Positions 27,872 to 36,604 of a stretch of DNA of 36,604 nt are shown piece after piece. Numbering within the stretch: the stretch's first letter is position 1; every line of letters begins with the position of its first letter. Below the pieces are notes generated by a model. It did not search any database. It was not told the origin of the DNA and saw nothing but the letters and a program-made list of their open reading frames with translations. Made by a program: the position numbers and the translations under genes. The DNA comes from Patescibacteria group bacterium (lineage in GTDB: Bacteria > Patescibacteriota > Gracilibacteria > UBA1369 > PNNO01): assembly GCA_042568575.1 (NCBI GenBank), contig JBHPIO010000012.1, forward strand, positions 1 through 36,604, read 5' to 3'.

Positions 27872-27899
27872 ATTATAAGATATTTGAGTAAAAAGTCAA
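27872..27899 (-). promoter_or_regulatory. sigma70-type promoter of 26482..27849
   Basis: Minus strand TTGACT (27899-27894), 16 nt spacer, TATAAT (27877-27872). Confidence 0.6.
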
Positions 27900-27947
27900 G
27901 GCTCTGTGCTCCTTTTCAATTTATATAACCAAATCTGGATTTAATCG

Positions 27948-28601
27948 TTACAAATAAAGCTTTGCAGCTGGGCAAATATCTTGTAAATCACATTCGGCAC
28001 ATTTCGGAGTAGGGGCTTTACATAAAGCTCTTCCGTGATCAACGATATAATATGCAAATTGTCCCCAGTCCTTACGTGGATACAACTTCATGAGGTCCTT
28101 CTCAATCTTTTCAGGAATTTTTTCACTAGTTAAACCGAGTCTATTACTAATTCTCTTAACATGAGTATCAACAACAACTCCTTCATTTTTACCAAACCAT
28201 GCGTACAAAAGAACGTTTGCACTTTTTCTCGCTATCCCTGGCAGAGTCACAAGTTCTTCCATCGTATCAGGAACTTTTCCACCAAAATCGGAAAGCACTT
28301 TTTGTGCAGCTCCTTTAATGTTTTTTGCCTTATTCCTATAAAATCCAGTTGAATGGATTGCCCTTTCAAGATCAGCTAAATCACATTCAGCAAAAGCCTT
28401 AACAGTTGGAAATCCTTTAAATAGTGGGGGAGTTACAATATTCACGCGCTTGTCTGTGCATTGTGCGGAAAGCACCGTTGCAACAAGTAGCTCCCATACA
28501 CTCGAATGGATTAACGCACACTTAGCTTTTGGATATATTTTCCCGAGCCTTTTAAATATCACATTTGCACGTTTTTTCTTATTTTCAAATGATTCTCTCA
28601 T
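27948..28601 (-). CDS. nth: Endonuclease III (DNA glycosylase/AP lyase)
   Basis: LLVATVLSAQCTD, HhH motif LPGIARKSANV, VVDTHV, and the 4Fe-4S motif CKAPTPKCAECDLQDIC. Confidence 0.96.
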   Translation of the reverse strand: MRESFENKKKRANVIFKRLGKIYPKAKCALIHSSVWELLVATVLSAQCTDKRVNIVTPPLFKGFPTVKAFAECDLADLERAIHSTGFYRNKAKNIKGAAQKVLSDFGGKVPDTMEELVTLPGIARKSANVLLYAWFGKNEGVVVDTHVKRISNRLGLTSEKIPEKIEKDLMKLYPRKDWGQFAYYIVDHGRALCKAPTPKCAECDLQDICPAAKLYL

Positions 28602-28610
28602 ACTTTTTGA

Positions 28611-29027
28611 TTACTTTTCTCCCATTACCTTAACAATAACACGTTTTTTCCGTTGACCATCAAATTCGGCATAAAAAACCTGCTCCCATGTTCCCAAATC
28701 AAGCTTTCCATTCGTAATCGGCAAAATAACCTGATGACCAATTAGTAAGCGCTTAAGATGTGCATCTCCATTGTCCTCTCCAGTCTGATGATGCTTATAC
28801 GGTTGTCCATAAGGCGCTAACTTCTCAAGCCATTCCTGAATATCAACAATAAGTCCGTTTTCATGATCATTCACATAAACTCCTGCAGTAATATGCATTG
28901 CGGAAACAAGCACCATTCCTTCCTGCACACGGCTTTCCCTCACAATTTCTTCAACCTCAGGTGTTATATGAATAGTGTCGTATCTGTTTTTTGTATTAAA
29001 TTGAAGATATTCTGTGTGAGCATGCAT
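28611..29027 (-). CDS. yjbQ: YjbQ/UPF0047 family protein
   Basis: [35 protein letters not shown]. Confidence 0.92.
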   Translation of the reverse strand: MHAHTEYLQFNTKNRYDTIHITPEVEEIVRESRVQEGMVLVSAMHITAGVYVNDHENGLIVDIQEWLEKLAPYGQPYKHHQTGEDNGDAHLKRLLIGHQVILPITNGKLDLGTWEQVFYAEFDGQRKKRVIVKVMGEK

Positions 29028-29091
29028 ATTTAAAAGCGATTAGAGAGTTATAAAAACATCTCTAATTTACATCGAAAATTGATAAAAGTCA

Positions 29092-30606
29092 TTATTCGGA
29101 TTCTTCAGAATCCTCCACCTCTTCCTCTTCGGCAGCTTTTTCTGCCTCAATCTCTGCCTTCAAATCTTCAGGAAGCAGATCAATCATGTAAGAAGGGATG
29201 TAGTCCGGATCTAATTGCTCTATTGGCAACAAGAACAGAGGATCTACATGTTTACCACTCTTAATAACTTCAAAGTGAAGATGCGCACCGGTCGTCAAAT
29301 ATCCAGCTCCTGTTGTCCCAGGAATTCCACCGGATAGTCCAATCATCTCACCAGGGAGAACAACATCACGTTCTTCAACAAGTGTTTCTGACATGTGTCC
29401 GAAGACTGTTAACACACCACCTTTGTGAGCCAGAATTATATAGCTATAACTTGTGTCGTTGTTATCTTTAACTTTATATACAACTCCAGATGATGGTGCT
29501 CTCACAGGAGTTCCTTGTGCTACCGGGATATCAATCGCATTATGAGGTATTCCAAATGTGGATTTGTATGATGAATCACGGAAGTATGCGCTAATTCCAC
29601 GAGAAGGCGTTACAGGCCAGTTAAGCTTTTCGCCAGTCGCGTATTCACCACTTAATTCAAAGTCGTAGATGGCTCGAACATTTGGTGAAATTAGATGTGA
29701 ATAATTGTCTGGATTGAAGTCATCTCCTTCTTCAAGAATCTTTTGTTCAATTAAGGCGAGACCATCTTTTAGAGCATTAATTTCTGCAACAAGAGCAAGC
29801 TGTTCACGCTTAGATTCCGCTATAAGTTGACGATAAATCTCTTCTTCTCCTTTTGTTTGTTCAAGTAATTTTTCTTTGGCATTTCTCTGAATTTGTAGAT
29901 TCTTTTTTTCTTCTTCTAACTGGATATTAAGACGAGTAAGTTTAAGTTTAGTTTCTTCCACTGCTTTTTCACGATCTTCAAGTGTAGATTTCAGTTCTTC
30001 AATATTACTAAAAATATTCTGTCCTGTTTGCTCTAGAATCGTAAAATACTGAATTTCTTGGAAGGTTTCTCCGACTGATGACTCCCCAAGTAAAAGCTTT
30101 GTTGCTGCGATATCTTCATCACCATTTCTATCATAAAAGCTGTTTTCCTGAATATAAAGGAGCTTCAAATACTCTTTAAGTAGGATTTTTTGATTTTCTA
30201 ATTCTATTTGTTTAATTTTGATTTCCTCATCTAGCACCTCTAAAAGGTTTTGCCTTTGAGCTATTTGTTTTTCAACATTTCTGATTTTTGCCTGAGTGTT
30301 ATTTATTAGATATTCCAAATTAGCAACCTGATCCTTCAAAGTTGTAATAGTCTCGGTTACTTGCATAAGTTTTTCTTTTGCAGAATCAATATTATTTCCT
30401 ATTTGAAAATAATCTGTTCTAGCATTTTGAAGATGTTTTCGTATCTGAATGAGTAGAATTTCATTTTTTTCTTCTTTCTCAGTCATCACAGGAACTTTCT
30501 CTGTTGATTCCTTTTCAGGCTCCTGGGCAAGAGTAATGTGTGCAGGAATAATCTGCAGCATTAAAATGAGCAGCAAAATACTTATTTTTTTCGTAACTCC
30601 GTTCAT
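29092..30606 (-). CDS. Coiled-coil M23-family peptidoglycan endopeptidase
   Basis: Signal peptide, long heptad coiled coil, and an M23 domain with intact HNAID and TGAHLHFEV motifs. Confidence 0.92.
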   Translation of the reverse strand: MNGVTKKISILLLILMLQIIPAHITLAQEPEKESTEKVPVMTEKEEKNEILLIQIRKHLQNARTDYFQIGNNIDSAKEKLMQVTETITTLKDQVANLEYLINNTQAKIRNVEKQIAQRQNLLEVLDEEIKIKQIELENQKILLKEYLKLLYIQENSFYDRNGDEDIAATKLLLGESSVGETFQEIQYFTILEQTGQNIFSNIEELKSTLEDREKAVEETKLKLTRLNIQLEEEKKNLQIQRNAKEKLLEQTKGEEEIYRQLIAESKREQLALVAEINALKDGLALIEQKILEEGDDFNPDNYSHLISPNVRAIYDFELSGEYATGEKLNWPVTPSRGISAYFRDSSYKSTFGIPHNAIDIPVAQGTPVRAPSSGVVYKVKDNNDTSYSYIILAHKGGVLTVFGHMSETLVEERDVVLPGEMIGLSGGIPGTTGAGYLTTGAHLHFEVIKSGKHVDPLFLLPIEQLDPDYIPSYMIDLLPEDLKAEIEAEKAAEEEEVEDSEESE

Positions 30607-30683
30607 TCTGTTTATTTGTTTATTTTATCTCTATATTATACGGAAAAATCACACATTTATAAAGGGTAAAGGGTGAAAATCGC

Positions 30684-30712
30684 TTGCATTAATAATGAGT
30701 ATCTATTAAAAT
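30684..30712 (+). promoter_or_regulatory. sigma70-type promoter of rpmA
   Basis: TTGCAT (30684-30689), 17 nt spacer, TAAAAT (30707-30712). Confidence 0.6.
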
Positions 30713-30742
30713 CATTTTGCTCTAATTAATAACGTTAATAGT

Positions 30743-31036
30743 ATGTCAAAGACGAAAGCAGGAGGATCAACGAGAAACGGTCGTGATTCCAAGGCGAAAC
30801 GGCTTGGTGTAAAGGTATTTGGAGGTCAGTATGTGAATGCTGGAGGAATTATTGTACGTCAAAGAGGTACTAAATTTCATGCTGGAGAAAACGTTGGAAT
30901 GGGCAGAGATCACACTTTATTCTCGCTTATTTCAGGTGTTGTTAAGTTCTCAGAAAAGCAAAGAACTAAATTTGATGGACGAAAATTCAAAGATATTCTT
31001 GTAAATATCGTTAAAGAGCCTGCTAAAAAGGCATAA
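30743..31036 (+). CDS. rpmA: 50S ribosomal protein L27
   Basis: [47 protein letters not shown]. Confidence 0.98.
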   Translation: MSKTKAGGSTRNGRDSKAKRLGVKVFGGQYVNAGGIIVRQRGTKFHAGENVGMGRDHTLFSLISGVVKFSEKQRTKFDGRKFKDILVNIVKEPAKKA

Positions 31037-31059
31037 TTTCATTCTTAACATCGGTCGTT

Positions 31060-31317
31060 ATGAAACTTTCACCGAAAGCACTTGGTTTAACCCTCGGTAT
31101 TTTGTGGGGGATTGGTCTATGTGCTATGACTCTTCTTGCTGTTTATACTGGATACGCAAGCCATCTTGTTGAATTACTAGTTGGTATTTATCCATATTAT
31201 GAAGTATCTGCACTTGGAAGTATTGCAGGATTTGTATGGGGATTTGTAGATGGTCTTATTGGAGGACTTGTTATCGGTTGGGTGTACAACCTTTTTGCAC
31301 CAGGAAGCGCAAACTAA
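31060..31317 (+). CDS. Small 2-TM membrane protein (family often auto-annotated as bacteriophage holin)
   Basis: ALGLTLGILWG..IYPYY..GSIAGFVWGFVDGLIGGLVIGWVYN pattern. Confidence 0.7.
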   Translation: MKLSPKALGLTLGILWGIGLCAMTLLAVYTGYASHLVELLVGIYPYYEVSALGSIAGFVWGFVDGLIGGLVIGWVYNLFAPGSAN

Positions 31318-31337
31318 TCATTGAAATAACTTAAAAA

Positions 31338-32015
31338 ATGGCAGATTTCGAAAACTTTGTCGGTCCCGAACAGGGCGACCAGGTAGATGCAGCAGCGTTT
31401 GAAAAATTCAAAGAACGAGTTAAAGCAGCGTCTGCACAGATAAAAGCTTCAAAAATCCAGGAACAGAAACAGCGGAAAAAAGAAAGCAAACTTATTGCAA
31501 TTTTGCTTAAATTTGTGAAAACCCAGCAGAAAAAAGACATAATGCTTCTAATCGCCAAATTACTAGAGGAAAACATTTCACCTGTGTTTGTTTTAAGCGT
31601 TGTTATGCTCGGAAACGACGAAATAATAAAAGAACTTGAAGCGGAAGACCAGAAACAGATTGAAGCACCTGCGCCAACTAATGATCCACAAAATCGGGCG
31701 CTTGATATTTTTGATAGAGAGAAGGTTTTGCCACTCGAAATTAAACTAGAAATTGATAAATGGATGCAGAATATCATGAAATACGCATTAGAAACTCCAA
31801 AACGCCTTGTTCAAACCGTTTTTGATGCAGATGAAAACATTAAACTCCCACTAATTCAGCTTTCAGCGTTTGTTTTGCGTGATTTCCTTGAATCAAAAAA
31901 ACAGGAGACTGACTATGAGAAACTCAAAGAATTCGGCGACTTTTTTCTAAATGGAGTAATGAAGCAGGTCAAAAAGCAGGTTGAATCTCAAAAGGAACTT
32001 GAGAAGGGTGACTAG
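31338..32015 (+). CDS. Hypothetical helical protein
   Basis: 225-aa ORF co-oriented with rpmA, with host-like composition. Confidence 0.75.
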   Translation: MADFENFVGPEQGDQVDAAAFEKFKERVKAASAQIKASKIQEQKQRKKESKLIAILLKFVKTQQKKDIMLLIAKLLEENISPVFVLSVVMLGNDEIIKELEAEDQKQIEAPAPTNDPQNRALDIFDREKVLPLEIKLEIDKWMQNIMKYALETPKRLVQTVFDADENIKLPLIQLSAFVLRDFLESKKQETDYEKLKEFGDFFLNGVMKQVKKQVESQKELEKGD

Positions 32016-32863
32016 TTCAAATTAATTCCTGAAAATTTTTCCATTCCATCGGTAAATATTTCACCATATTGGACTTTTCGAGTTTCGTTTTGGTGTAGAT
32101 CCGTTGAAATTGAATCTATTCCTGAATTTAATTGATTTAGAAATTCCTGAAGATTTTCTCTTGTACCTTTAAGTTCCCCGAATTTTCTTAAATTATCAAC
32201 AATACCTACGGCATTAAATGCAAAACCTGCAATCATTGCAGGTGGGTATGCCACCAGGCTTGCTACATGTAAGACGTCACCACGAAAATTATTTTTATGA
32301 CCGCTTCTTTGTGTCACTTCTTCACTGCCGGCTATATTTAATTTTTCCAATTTAGCCTTTAATCGTTCATCCCGTTTAGGACCCCATATCCGCCCTACAA
32401 TAGGGATAATTGAACCGATGATTTTCATGCTTCGTGATTCTTTCACCAGTTTGAGAGCCTCTTCAATTTCTTTCTTTAGTTCAATAAGATTTTCGCGTTG
32501 TTCTCTCGCAATAGCTTCAGCTTCAGCATTCATTATCGCTCTTTCATCATATTTAGATGCCACAGCAAGACCTTGATTTCCGATATCTCCACGTAAATAA
32601 TCAGCAGTTTCTCTTGCACTCAAAACATCCGGATGCTCAGCAGTTCCTTCCGGGCTTGCATATCGATCATGAATTGTCAAAGTACGCTGATCTGTAGCAT
32701 CCTCAACGGCATTTCTTTCTTCTGGTGATAAATTTTCTACAGTGCCGCGAGCCTCTGCGTAATCGCGTCCATCTAATATAGATTGGCGAATAGCATCAAC
32801 ATTATATTGAGCACCTCCAGCTCCACCTTCTTCTTCAGGTGTGCGTTGTTGTAATTCATCCAT
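32012..32863 (-). CDS. Hypothetical coiled-coil protein with two internal hydrophobic segments
   Basis: 283-aa ORF with IIGSIIPIVGRIWG and VASLVAYPPAMIAGFAFNAVGIV segments. Confidence 0.7.
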   Translation of the reverse strand: MDELQQRTPEEEGGAGGAQYNVDAIRQSILDGRDYAEARGTVENLSPEERNAVEDATDQRTLTIHDRYASPEGTAEHPDVLSARETADYLRGDIGNQGLAVASKYDERAIMNAEAEAIAREQRENLIELKKEIEEALKLVKESRSMKIIGSIIPIVGRIWGPKRDERLKAKLEKLNIAGSEEVTQRSGHKNNFRGDVLHVASLVAYPPAMIAGFAFNAVGIVDNLRKFGELKGTRENLQEFLNQLNSGIDSISTDLHQNETRKVQYGEIFTDGMEKFSGINLN

Positions 32864-32866
32864 TTT

Positions 32867-33070
32867 TTATTTTGTTAAATTTTGTTTTATTTGAGTAATT
32901 TTTTCTTGGTCTTTTTCAGATGCAGCACCCTCCTCTAACTTATCGCTTTCTTTAGCGATTACTTGCTCCATCTTTTGATGTTTTTCAAGCAATTCAAGCT
33001 TCTTAAGAAGTCTTGCTTTATCATCATCTGAATTAGTGTTTGTTTGATTCATAGTTTTTTTGTTATTCAT
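32867..33070 (-). CDS. Small charged hypothetical protein
   Basis: ATG at 33070 (or 33052) preceded by TATAAT; ends 3 nt before the next ORF. Confidence 0.55.
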   Translation of the reverse strand: MNNKKTMNQTNTNSDDDKARLLKKLELLEKHQKMEQVIAKESDKLEEGAASEKDQEKITQIKQNLTK

Positions 33071-33094
33071 TGTTATATTATACAACAAATAACG

Positions 33095-33742
33095 CTAAAG
33101 CTCAACACTTCCGTAGATTGCTTCATCTGCTCCAGTCTTTATGGCCCACTCCTTGGTTCCATAACTAAAATGCCACCATTCCTCTTCATAATTAATAAAA
33201 CCAGCATCTTGCATGATTTTCTGCAATAGCATGCGGTTTTTGTGAAGTTCGACAGATTTTGAATCATCCTTATTCGCTAAATGATCAACAAAAGCTCGTT
33301 CCGTGAATTCGTCAAAAGGCGTTCCCATAGGAATTTCGTCACCATTCTCATCAACAAGTGTTAAATCAACAGTCCCACCAGTATTATGATAAGAAGGGGA
33401 TAGGGGATCGTAACTCGGCAAACAAACAAAAACCTCCACTCTCTCACGTAACTTTTCGTCAGTCCAGTCAGGATGTTTTTGCTTTAATACTACGTAATAG
33501 TCATCATAAAGAATCTTTTGAGTTTCCAATGTGCGAAAACCGTCCCAAATCTTTAAGCTCCATCCTTTGCATCCTTCTATTTTACGCAAATTCTCCTGTG
33601 CAACACGAAGCTTTTCAATAGCACCTTCCCGCAAGTACATCTTATCTGTATCAACATGTCCCCATTTAAAATAAACAGGCTCCAAAACAAATTCGTTTGA
33701 ATCGAATTCTACAAGCTTGTCTCCGTTGTCTTTAATGATCAT
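33095..33742 (-). CDS. D-alanyl-D-alanine dipeptidase (M15D, VanX/DdpX family)
   Basis: WDGFRT, SYHNTGGTVDLTL, MGTPFD, EEWWHFSY. A start at 33742 gives an ATGA overlap with the upstream stop. Confidence 0.9.
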   Translation of the reverse strand: MIIKDNGDKLVEFDSNEFVLEPVYFKWGHVDTDKMYLREGAIEKLRVAQENLRKIEGCKGWSLKIWDGFRTLETQKILYDDYYVVLKQKHPDWTDEKLRERVEVFVCLPSYDPLSPSYHNTGGTVDLTLVDENGDEIPMGTPFDEFTERAFVDHLANKDDSKSVELHKNRMLLQKIMQDAGFINYEEEWWHFSYGTKEWAIKTGADEAIYGSVEL

Positions 33743-34350
33743 ATAGTCCATTGATCATGAATAACACCTACTAAGTACCACTCTCCCTTATGTTCTTCAA
33801 AAACGAGCCTTAAACTAGCCCAGTCCATGCCTTCATATTCAGGCGCAAAACCAGAAAAGTGATATTCGACAAAATGCGCATCAGGATAAGCAGTTTCAAT
33901 GTTATTAACTGTGTTTCCGGTACTAATAATTTCATCATAAGCCACTTTTTCTGCATTTAAGAAGTCTTCGTCATAAACGAACTCTTCAAAATATGCGCCA
34001 AAACCGTTTTCTATAGGTTCACCAGAACCATCATAATGTCCCCAAGAAAATGATCTGCTATCAGCCATAATAGATTTAAGTTCGTCAGCGCTTAAAACAA
34101 CGTCGTTATCGGTATCAACGTTTCCATAAGGAGAAAATCGCACACCTTCGTTTGGATGAACATGTTGGGCAACATATCCTATACTATTGTTTTTAAACGC
34201 AAGAAGTATTTGCTTACTTTTAACTTCAATTTGTTCCTGAACACTTGCTGGTTGCTCGTCTTTGCCATTATCGGTTTTATCTGACTGACATCCTGAAAAC
34301 AGCATTAATGTCGCAACACTTACCAGCAAAATAGAGATGAGTTTTTTCAT
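33739..34350 (-). CDS. Putative lipoprotein of unknown function
   Basis: Lipobox MKKLISILLVSVATLMLFSG-C from ATG 34350. Conserved-looking motifs GVRFSPY, WGHYDGSG and GMDWASLRLVF. Confidence 0.8.
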   Translation of the reverse strand: MKKLISILLVSVATLMLFSGCQSDKTDNGKDEQPASVQEQIEVKSKQILLAFKNNSIGYVAQHVHPNEGVRFSPYGNVDTDNDVVLSADELKSIMADSRSFSWGHYDGSGEPIENGFGAYFEEFVYDEDFLNAEKVAYDEIISTGNTVNNIETAYPDAHFVEYHFSGFAPEYEGMDWASLRLVFEEHKGEWYLVGVIHDQWTI

Positions 34351-34447
34351 GGTTTTTAAGTTAATAATTAGCCATGAACATACTAAAGACTTTTGAAAAT
34401 TATTCAAATGAATTAATATACAAGTGTTCTATTATTAACCAGACATT

Positions 34448-34924
34448 ATGAAAACCAGATTTTTGACGTTTGCAGCTTTAGTTCTTGCATTTACTTTATT
34501 TCTGAATGGATGCTCCCAAGCTCCACAACCTCAAAACGAAATCGAAGAACCTGCACCTCAGGAAGGTGTAATGGTAAATGAAGAATTGCCAATTGCAGAT
34601 GATATCCCTCATGATTACGAAGGAGTATGGCTTAGAACAGCAACTTATGCTGATGGGAATCTTGTGAGTAGTACTCCTGCAACTTTAACGTTAAATAGAA
34701 CAAGTTACACCTCAACAGGAACTTGTGTTAACACTGGTGAGGTTATTTCAGGTGGAGCAGGTGGCATAAGATTAACTATAGCAAGCTCAAGTTGTCCTTC
34801 TTTGATTAAATCTGGCCCAGGATATGATGCTACTTATAGTATGACATTCGACAAAGAACGCGATGTGGAAGTAATGACCATCGTTACTGGAAATGTGATG
34901 GAGACTTATGATCGGCAGTCGTAA
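34448..34924 (+). CDS. Putative lipoprotein (small beta-rich domain)
   Basis: Lipobox MKTRFLTFAALVLAFTLFLNG-C; YEGVW motif and a Cys pair. Confidence 0.78.
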   Translation: MKTRFLTFAALVLAFTLFLNGCSQAPQPQNEIEEPAPQEGVMVNEELPIADDIPHDYEGVWLRTATYADGNLVSSTPATLTLNRTSYTSTGTCVNTGEVISGGAGGIRLTIASSSCPSLIKSGPGYDATYSMTFDKERDVEVMTIVTGNVMETYDRQS

Positions 34925-34927
34925 TCT

Positions 34928-34959
34928 AATGGGGTGAGTGCTTACCCTTTGTTCGAACT
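34928..34959 (+). repeat. 32-bp direct repeat, copy 1
   Basis: AATGGGGTGAGTGCTTACCCTTTGTTCGAACT, 30/32 identical to 36116-36147. Confidence 0.85.
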
Positions 34960-34962
34960 ATC

Positions 34963-36045
34963 TTAAGCCAACTCTAATAATGCGCAGAGCATCTTATGAA
35001 GTTTTTTTAGATCTTTAACGCTTACATATTCGTCAATTATATGAGCTTGCTTAACACTTCCTGCCCCAAGAACTGCTCCGCGTATTCTATATTTGTAGAT
35101 TTCACTAAATTCTGTTGTATAGTTGACACCTCTCGATTGGTGTTTCAATCCTTCGTTTTTTAAAATGTCTTGTAGGAGTTTTATAAAAGGCGTTTTAGAA
35201 GGTAGGTCAACTGGATTATGCGTATGTCTCACCTCTACTTTAGATGGGGCAACCACCTTTTTTATCTGCTTAATGATTTTACTACTATCCTGGTTTGGCA
35301 AGGTTCTAATATCAATTTCGATTTCAGCTGAATCTGGTATCACATTGTATCCAATCCCTCCCTTGATTACGCCAATATTAAGAGTAGGATTTCCTAAAAG
35401 CTTATGCTTCTTTTTTATGAATGTTTTTATGTATTTTTGGAGCTTATTTATAGAATGATTTAATTTTTGAATAGCATTTTCTCCTTCTTCAGGTGTTGAT
35501 GCGTGGGCTGCCTTTCCTTTAGCTTTAATCATTAAATATTGTTGTCCTTTATGGGCTGTAACTAATCTTAATTCTGTCGGTTCAAAATTTAGACAGTATT
35601 TTATGTGTTTTAGCTTTGTTCTTCGCATTTTCATAACCTCTTTAATTCCAGCAAAGGTATTTTCTTCTCCTACAGTAAAAGAACAACTTATTTTCTTTGT
35701 GGGATTTTTTGCCAAAGCAGCCAGTATACAAGCTCCGTTTCCTTTTGTATCACAGCTACCTCTACCATAGAGCCTTCCATTTTTAATTTGACCATATGGA
35801 TTTACGCTCCAATCTTTTTTTTCTCCGATAGGAACTGTATCAATATGACTATTAAGTAAAATTTCTCCTTCTCCAATTACAACTACATTGAATCTGTTTT
35901 TTTCGATCTTTTGCTTCTGAACAGCGAGGCCTAGAGTCTTCAAATATTTAAAAATGAATTCGGCCACTTCTTTCTCGTTTCCGCTTTCAGAGGATATACT
36001 AACAAGTTTTTTAGCAAGCTTAACTGGATCGGTTATTATTTTCAT
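34963..36045 (-). CDS. M20-family metallohydrolase (ArgE/DapE-like)
   Basis: NSHIDTVP, LYGRGSCDTKG, GEE, EPT, GKAAHAS, AHIIDEYV. Confidence 0.9.
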   Translation of the reverse strand: MKIITDPVKLAKKLVSISSESGNEKEVAEFIFKYLKTLGLAVQKQKIEKNRFNVVVIGEGEILLNSHIDTVPIGEKKDWSVNPYGQIKNGRLYGRGSCDTKGNGACILAALAKNPTKKISCSFTVGEENTFAGIKEVMKMRRTKLKHIKYCLNFEPTELRLVTAHKGQQYLMIKAKGKAAHASTPEEGENAIQKLNHSINKLQKYIKTFIKKKHKLLGNPTLNIGVIKGGIGYNVIPDSAEIEIDIRTLPNQDSSKIIKQIKKVVAPSKVEVRHTHNPVDLPSKTPFIKLLQDILKNEGLKHQSRGVNYTTEFSEIYKYRIRGAVLGAGSVKQAHIIDEYVSVKDLKKLHKMLCALLELA

Positions 36046-36115
36046 TGCTTAAGGCCTATAATATTCTTGAATCACTATACCACAAGTCCAAATATAGCTC
36101 AAACAAGCCAATTAC

Positions 36116-36147
36116 AATGAGGTGAGTGTTTACCCTTTGTTCGAACT
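36116..36147 (+). repeat. 32-bp direct repeat, copy 2
   Basis: AATGAGGTGAGTGTTTACCCTTTGTTCGAACT. Confidence 0.85.
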
Positions 36148-36155
36148 CTGAATAT

Positions 36156-36604
36156 CTACATAGGCAACATCTGTTCTACATAATCAATATTGCCTGTTTG
36201 TGCATTAATATGACATTCACTAAGATTATCTTTCCAAATCCAATAAATTTCATTAAATACTGCCTTTAGATGTAATTCATTCTCAGCAGTAGTTACATCG
36301 AAATATTCAGGATCAACACATTGTTCATTACCTTTGAAAAGATCAGCAGCCTCTTCTCTTGTTATTAATATTTGGAGTTCTGATGAAGTAGCAAAGTTAT
36401 TTTGCCTTTCATATACATAACCATCTAGAGCGTAAAAACTTTCATTCACATATCCATCTTCGATAACTTGATCATTATGTAAAACTATACTTTTTTTGAA
36501 AACCTGTTCTTCGTTTTCAGCATCCTCAATTGAAAAATCATAATTTACTTTAACTGCATCCGCAATCCCTATATGGTAGTGCGCTCCAAGAAAATTATCA
36601 AAAT
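36156..36604 (-). CDS. Hypothetical acidic protein, 5'-truncated by the window edge
   Basis: The frame stays open from the listed GTG (36449) to the window end (..FDNFLGAHYHIGIADAVKVNYDFSIEDAENEEQ..). The C-terminal CHINAQTG is PepSY-like. Confidence 0.65.
   Translation of the reverse strand, partial: FDNFLGAHYHIGIADAVKVNYDFSIEDAENEEQVFKKSIVLHNDQVIEDGYVNESFYALDGYVYERQNNFATSSELQILITREEAADLFKGNEQCVDPEYFDVTTAENELHLKAVFNEIYWIWKDNLSECHINAQTGNIDYVEQMLPM

Noticed and set aside
31060-31317. Prophage suggested by the holin-like gene
   Set aside because: No phage structural, integrase or endolysin genes nearby; it sits behind rpmA in a housekeeping context.
33095-33742. Vancomycin-resistance cluster
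   Set aside because: Stand-alone VanX/DdpX-family gene with no vanH, vanA or vanRS.
1493-35458. Numerous 60-150 aa ORFs nested in or antisense to larger genes (e.g. 1493..1810, 6857..7177, 27494..27928, 31331..31777, 35123..35458)
   Set aside because: They overlap well-supported CDSs, have antisense-like composition and carry no recognisable motifs.
34928-36147. CRISPR array or integron attC interpretation of the 32-bp repeats
   Set aside because: Only two copies about 1.2 kb apart, no cas or intI gene, and no RYYYAAC...GTTRRRY attC structure.
1-36604. Alternative genetic code 25 (Gracilibacteria/Absconditabacteria)
   Set aside because: Long Gly-rich ORFs are uninterrupted under code 11, and TGA acts as stop in ATGA overlaps (13921-13924, 33739-33742).

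Overview
AT-rich bacterial chromosome segment using genetic code 11. It is most consistent with a Patescibacteria (CPR) organism, probably Peregrinibacteria; this is inferred from CPR-type TrbC/VirB2-like pilin repeats, PKD and SLH surface proteins, mostly SD-less A-rich leaders and many orphan ORFs. Contents from left to right: (1) a ~13 kb + strand cell-surface locus with two triple-pilin-repeat membrane proteins, a 1491-aa pilin+PKD protein, a Pro-rich/TM/PKD protein, an unlisted 37-aa membrane peptide and a Cys-rich protein with an LPXTG-like tail; (2) an E-type sdhABE/fumarate-reductase-like operon whose flavoprotein lacks the FAD-linking His (RSQT); (3) an SLH protein and tRNA-Gln(UUG); (4) a ~2.7 kb GC-rich cassette encoding the anaerobic benzoyl-CoA pathway enzymes Oah/BamA and Had/BamQ, with its own promoter, boxA-like motif, structured leader and terminator, bounded by a 30-bp imperfect direct repeat that duplicates the 3' end of the neighbouring gene; (5) housekeeping and accessory genes (APC permease, nth, yjbQ, M23 peptidase, rpmA, D-Ala-D-Ala dipeptidase, lipoproteins) and an M20 hydrolase gene flanked by a second, 32-bp direct repeat. 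All family assignments are from motif recognition, not database searches.
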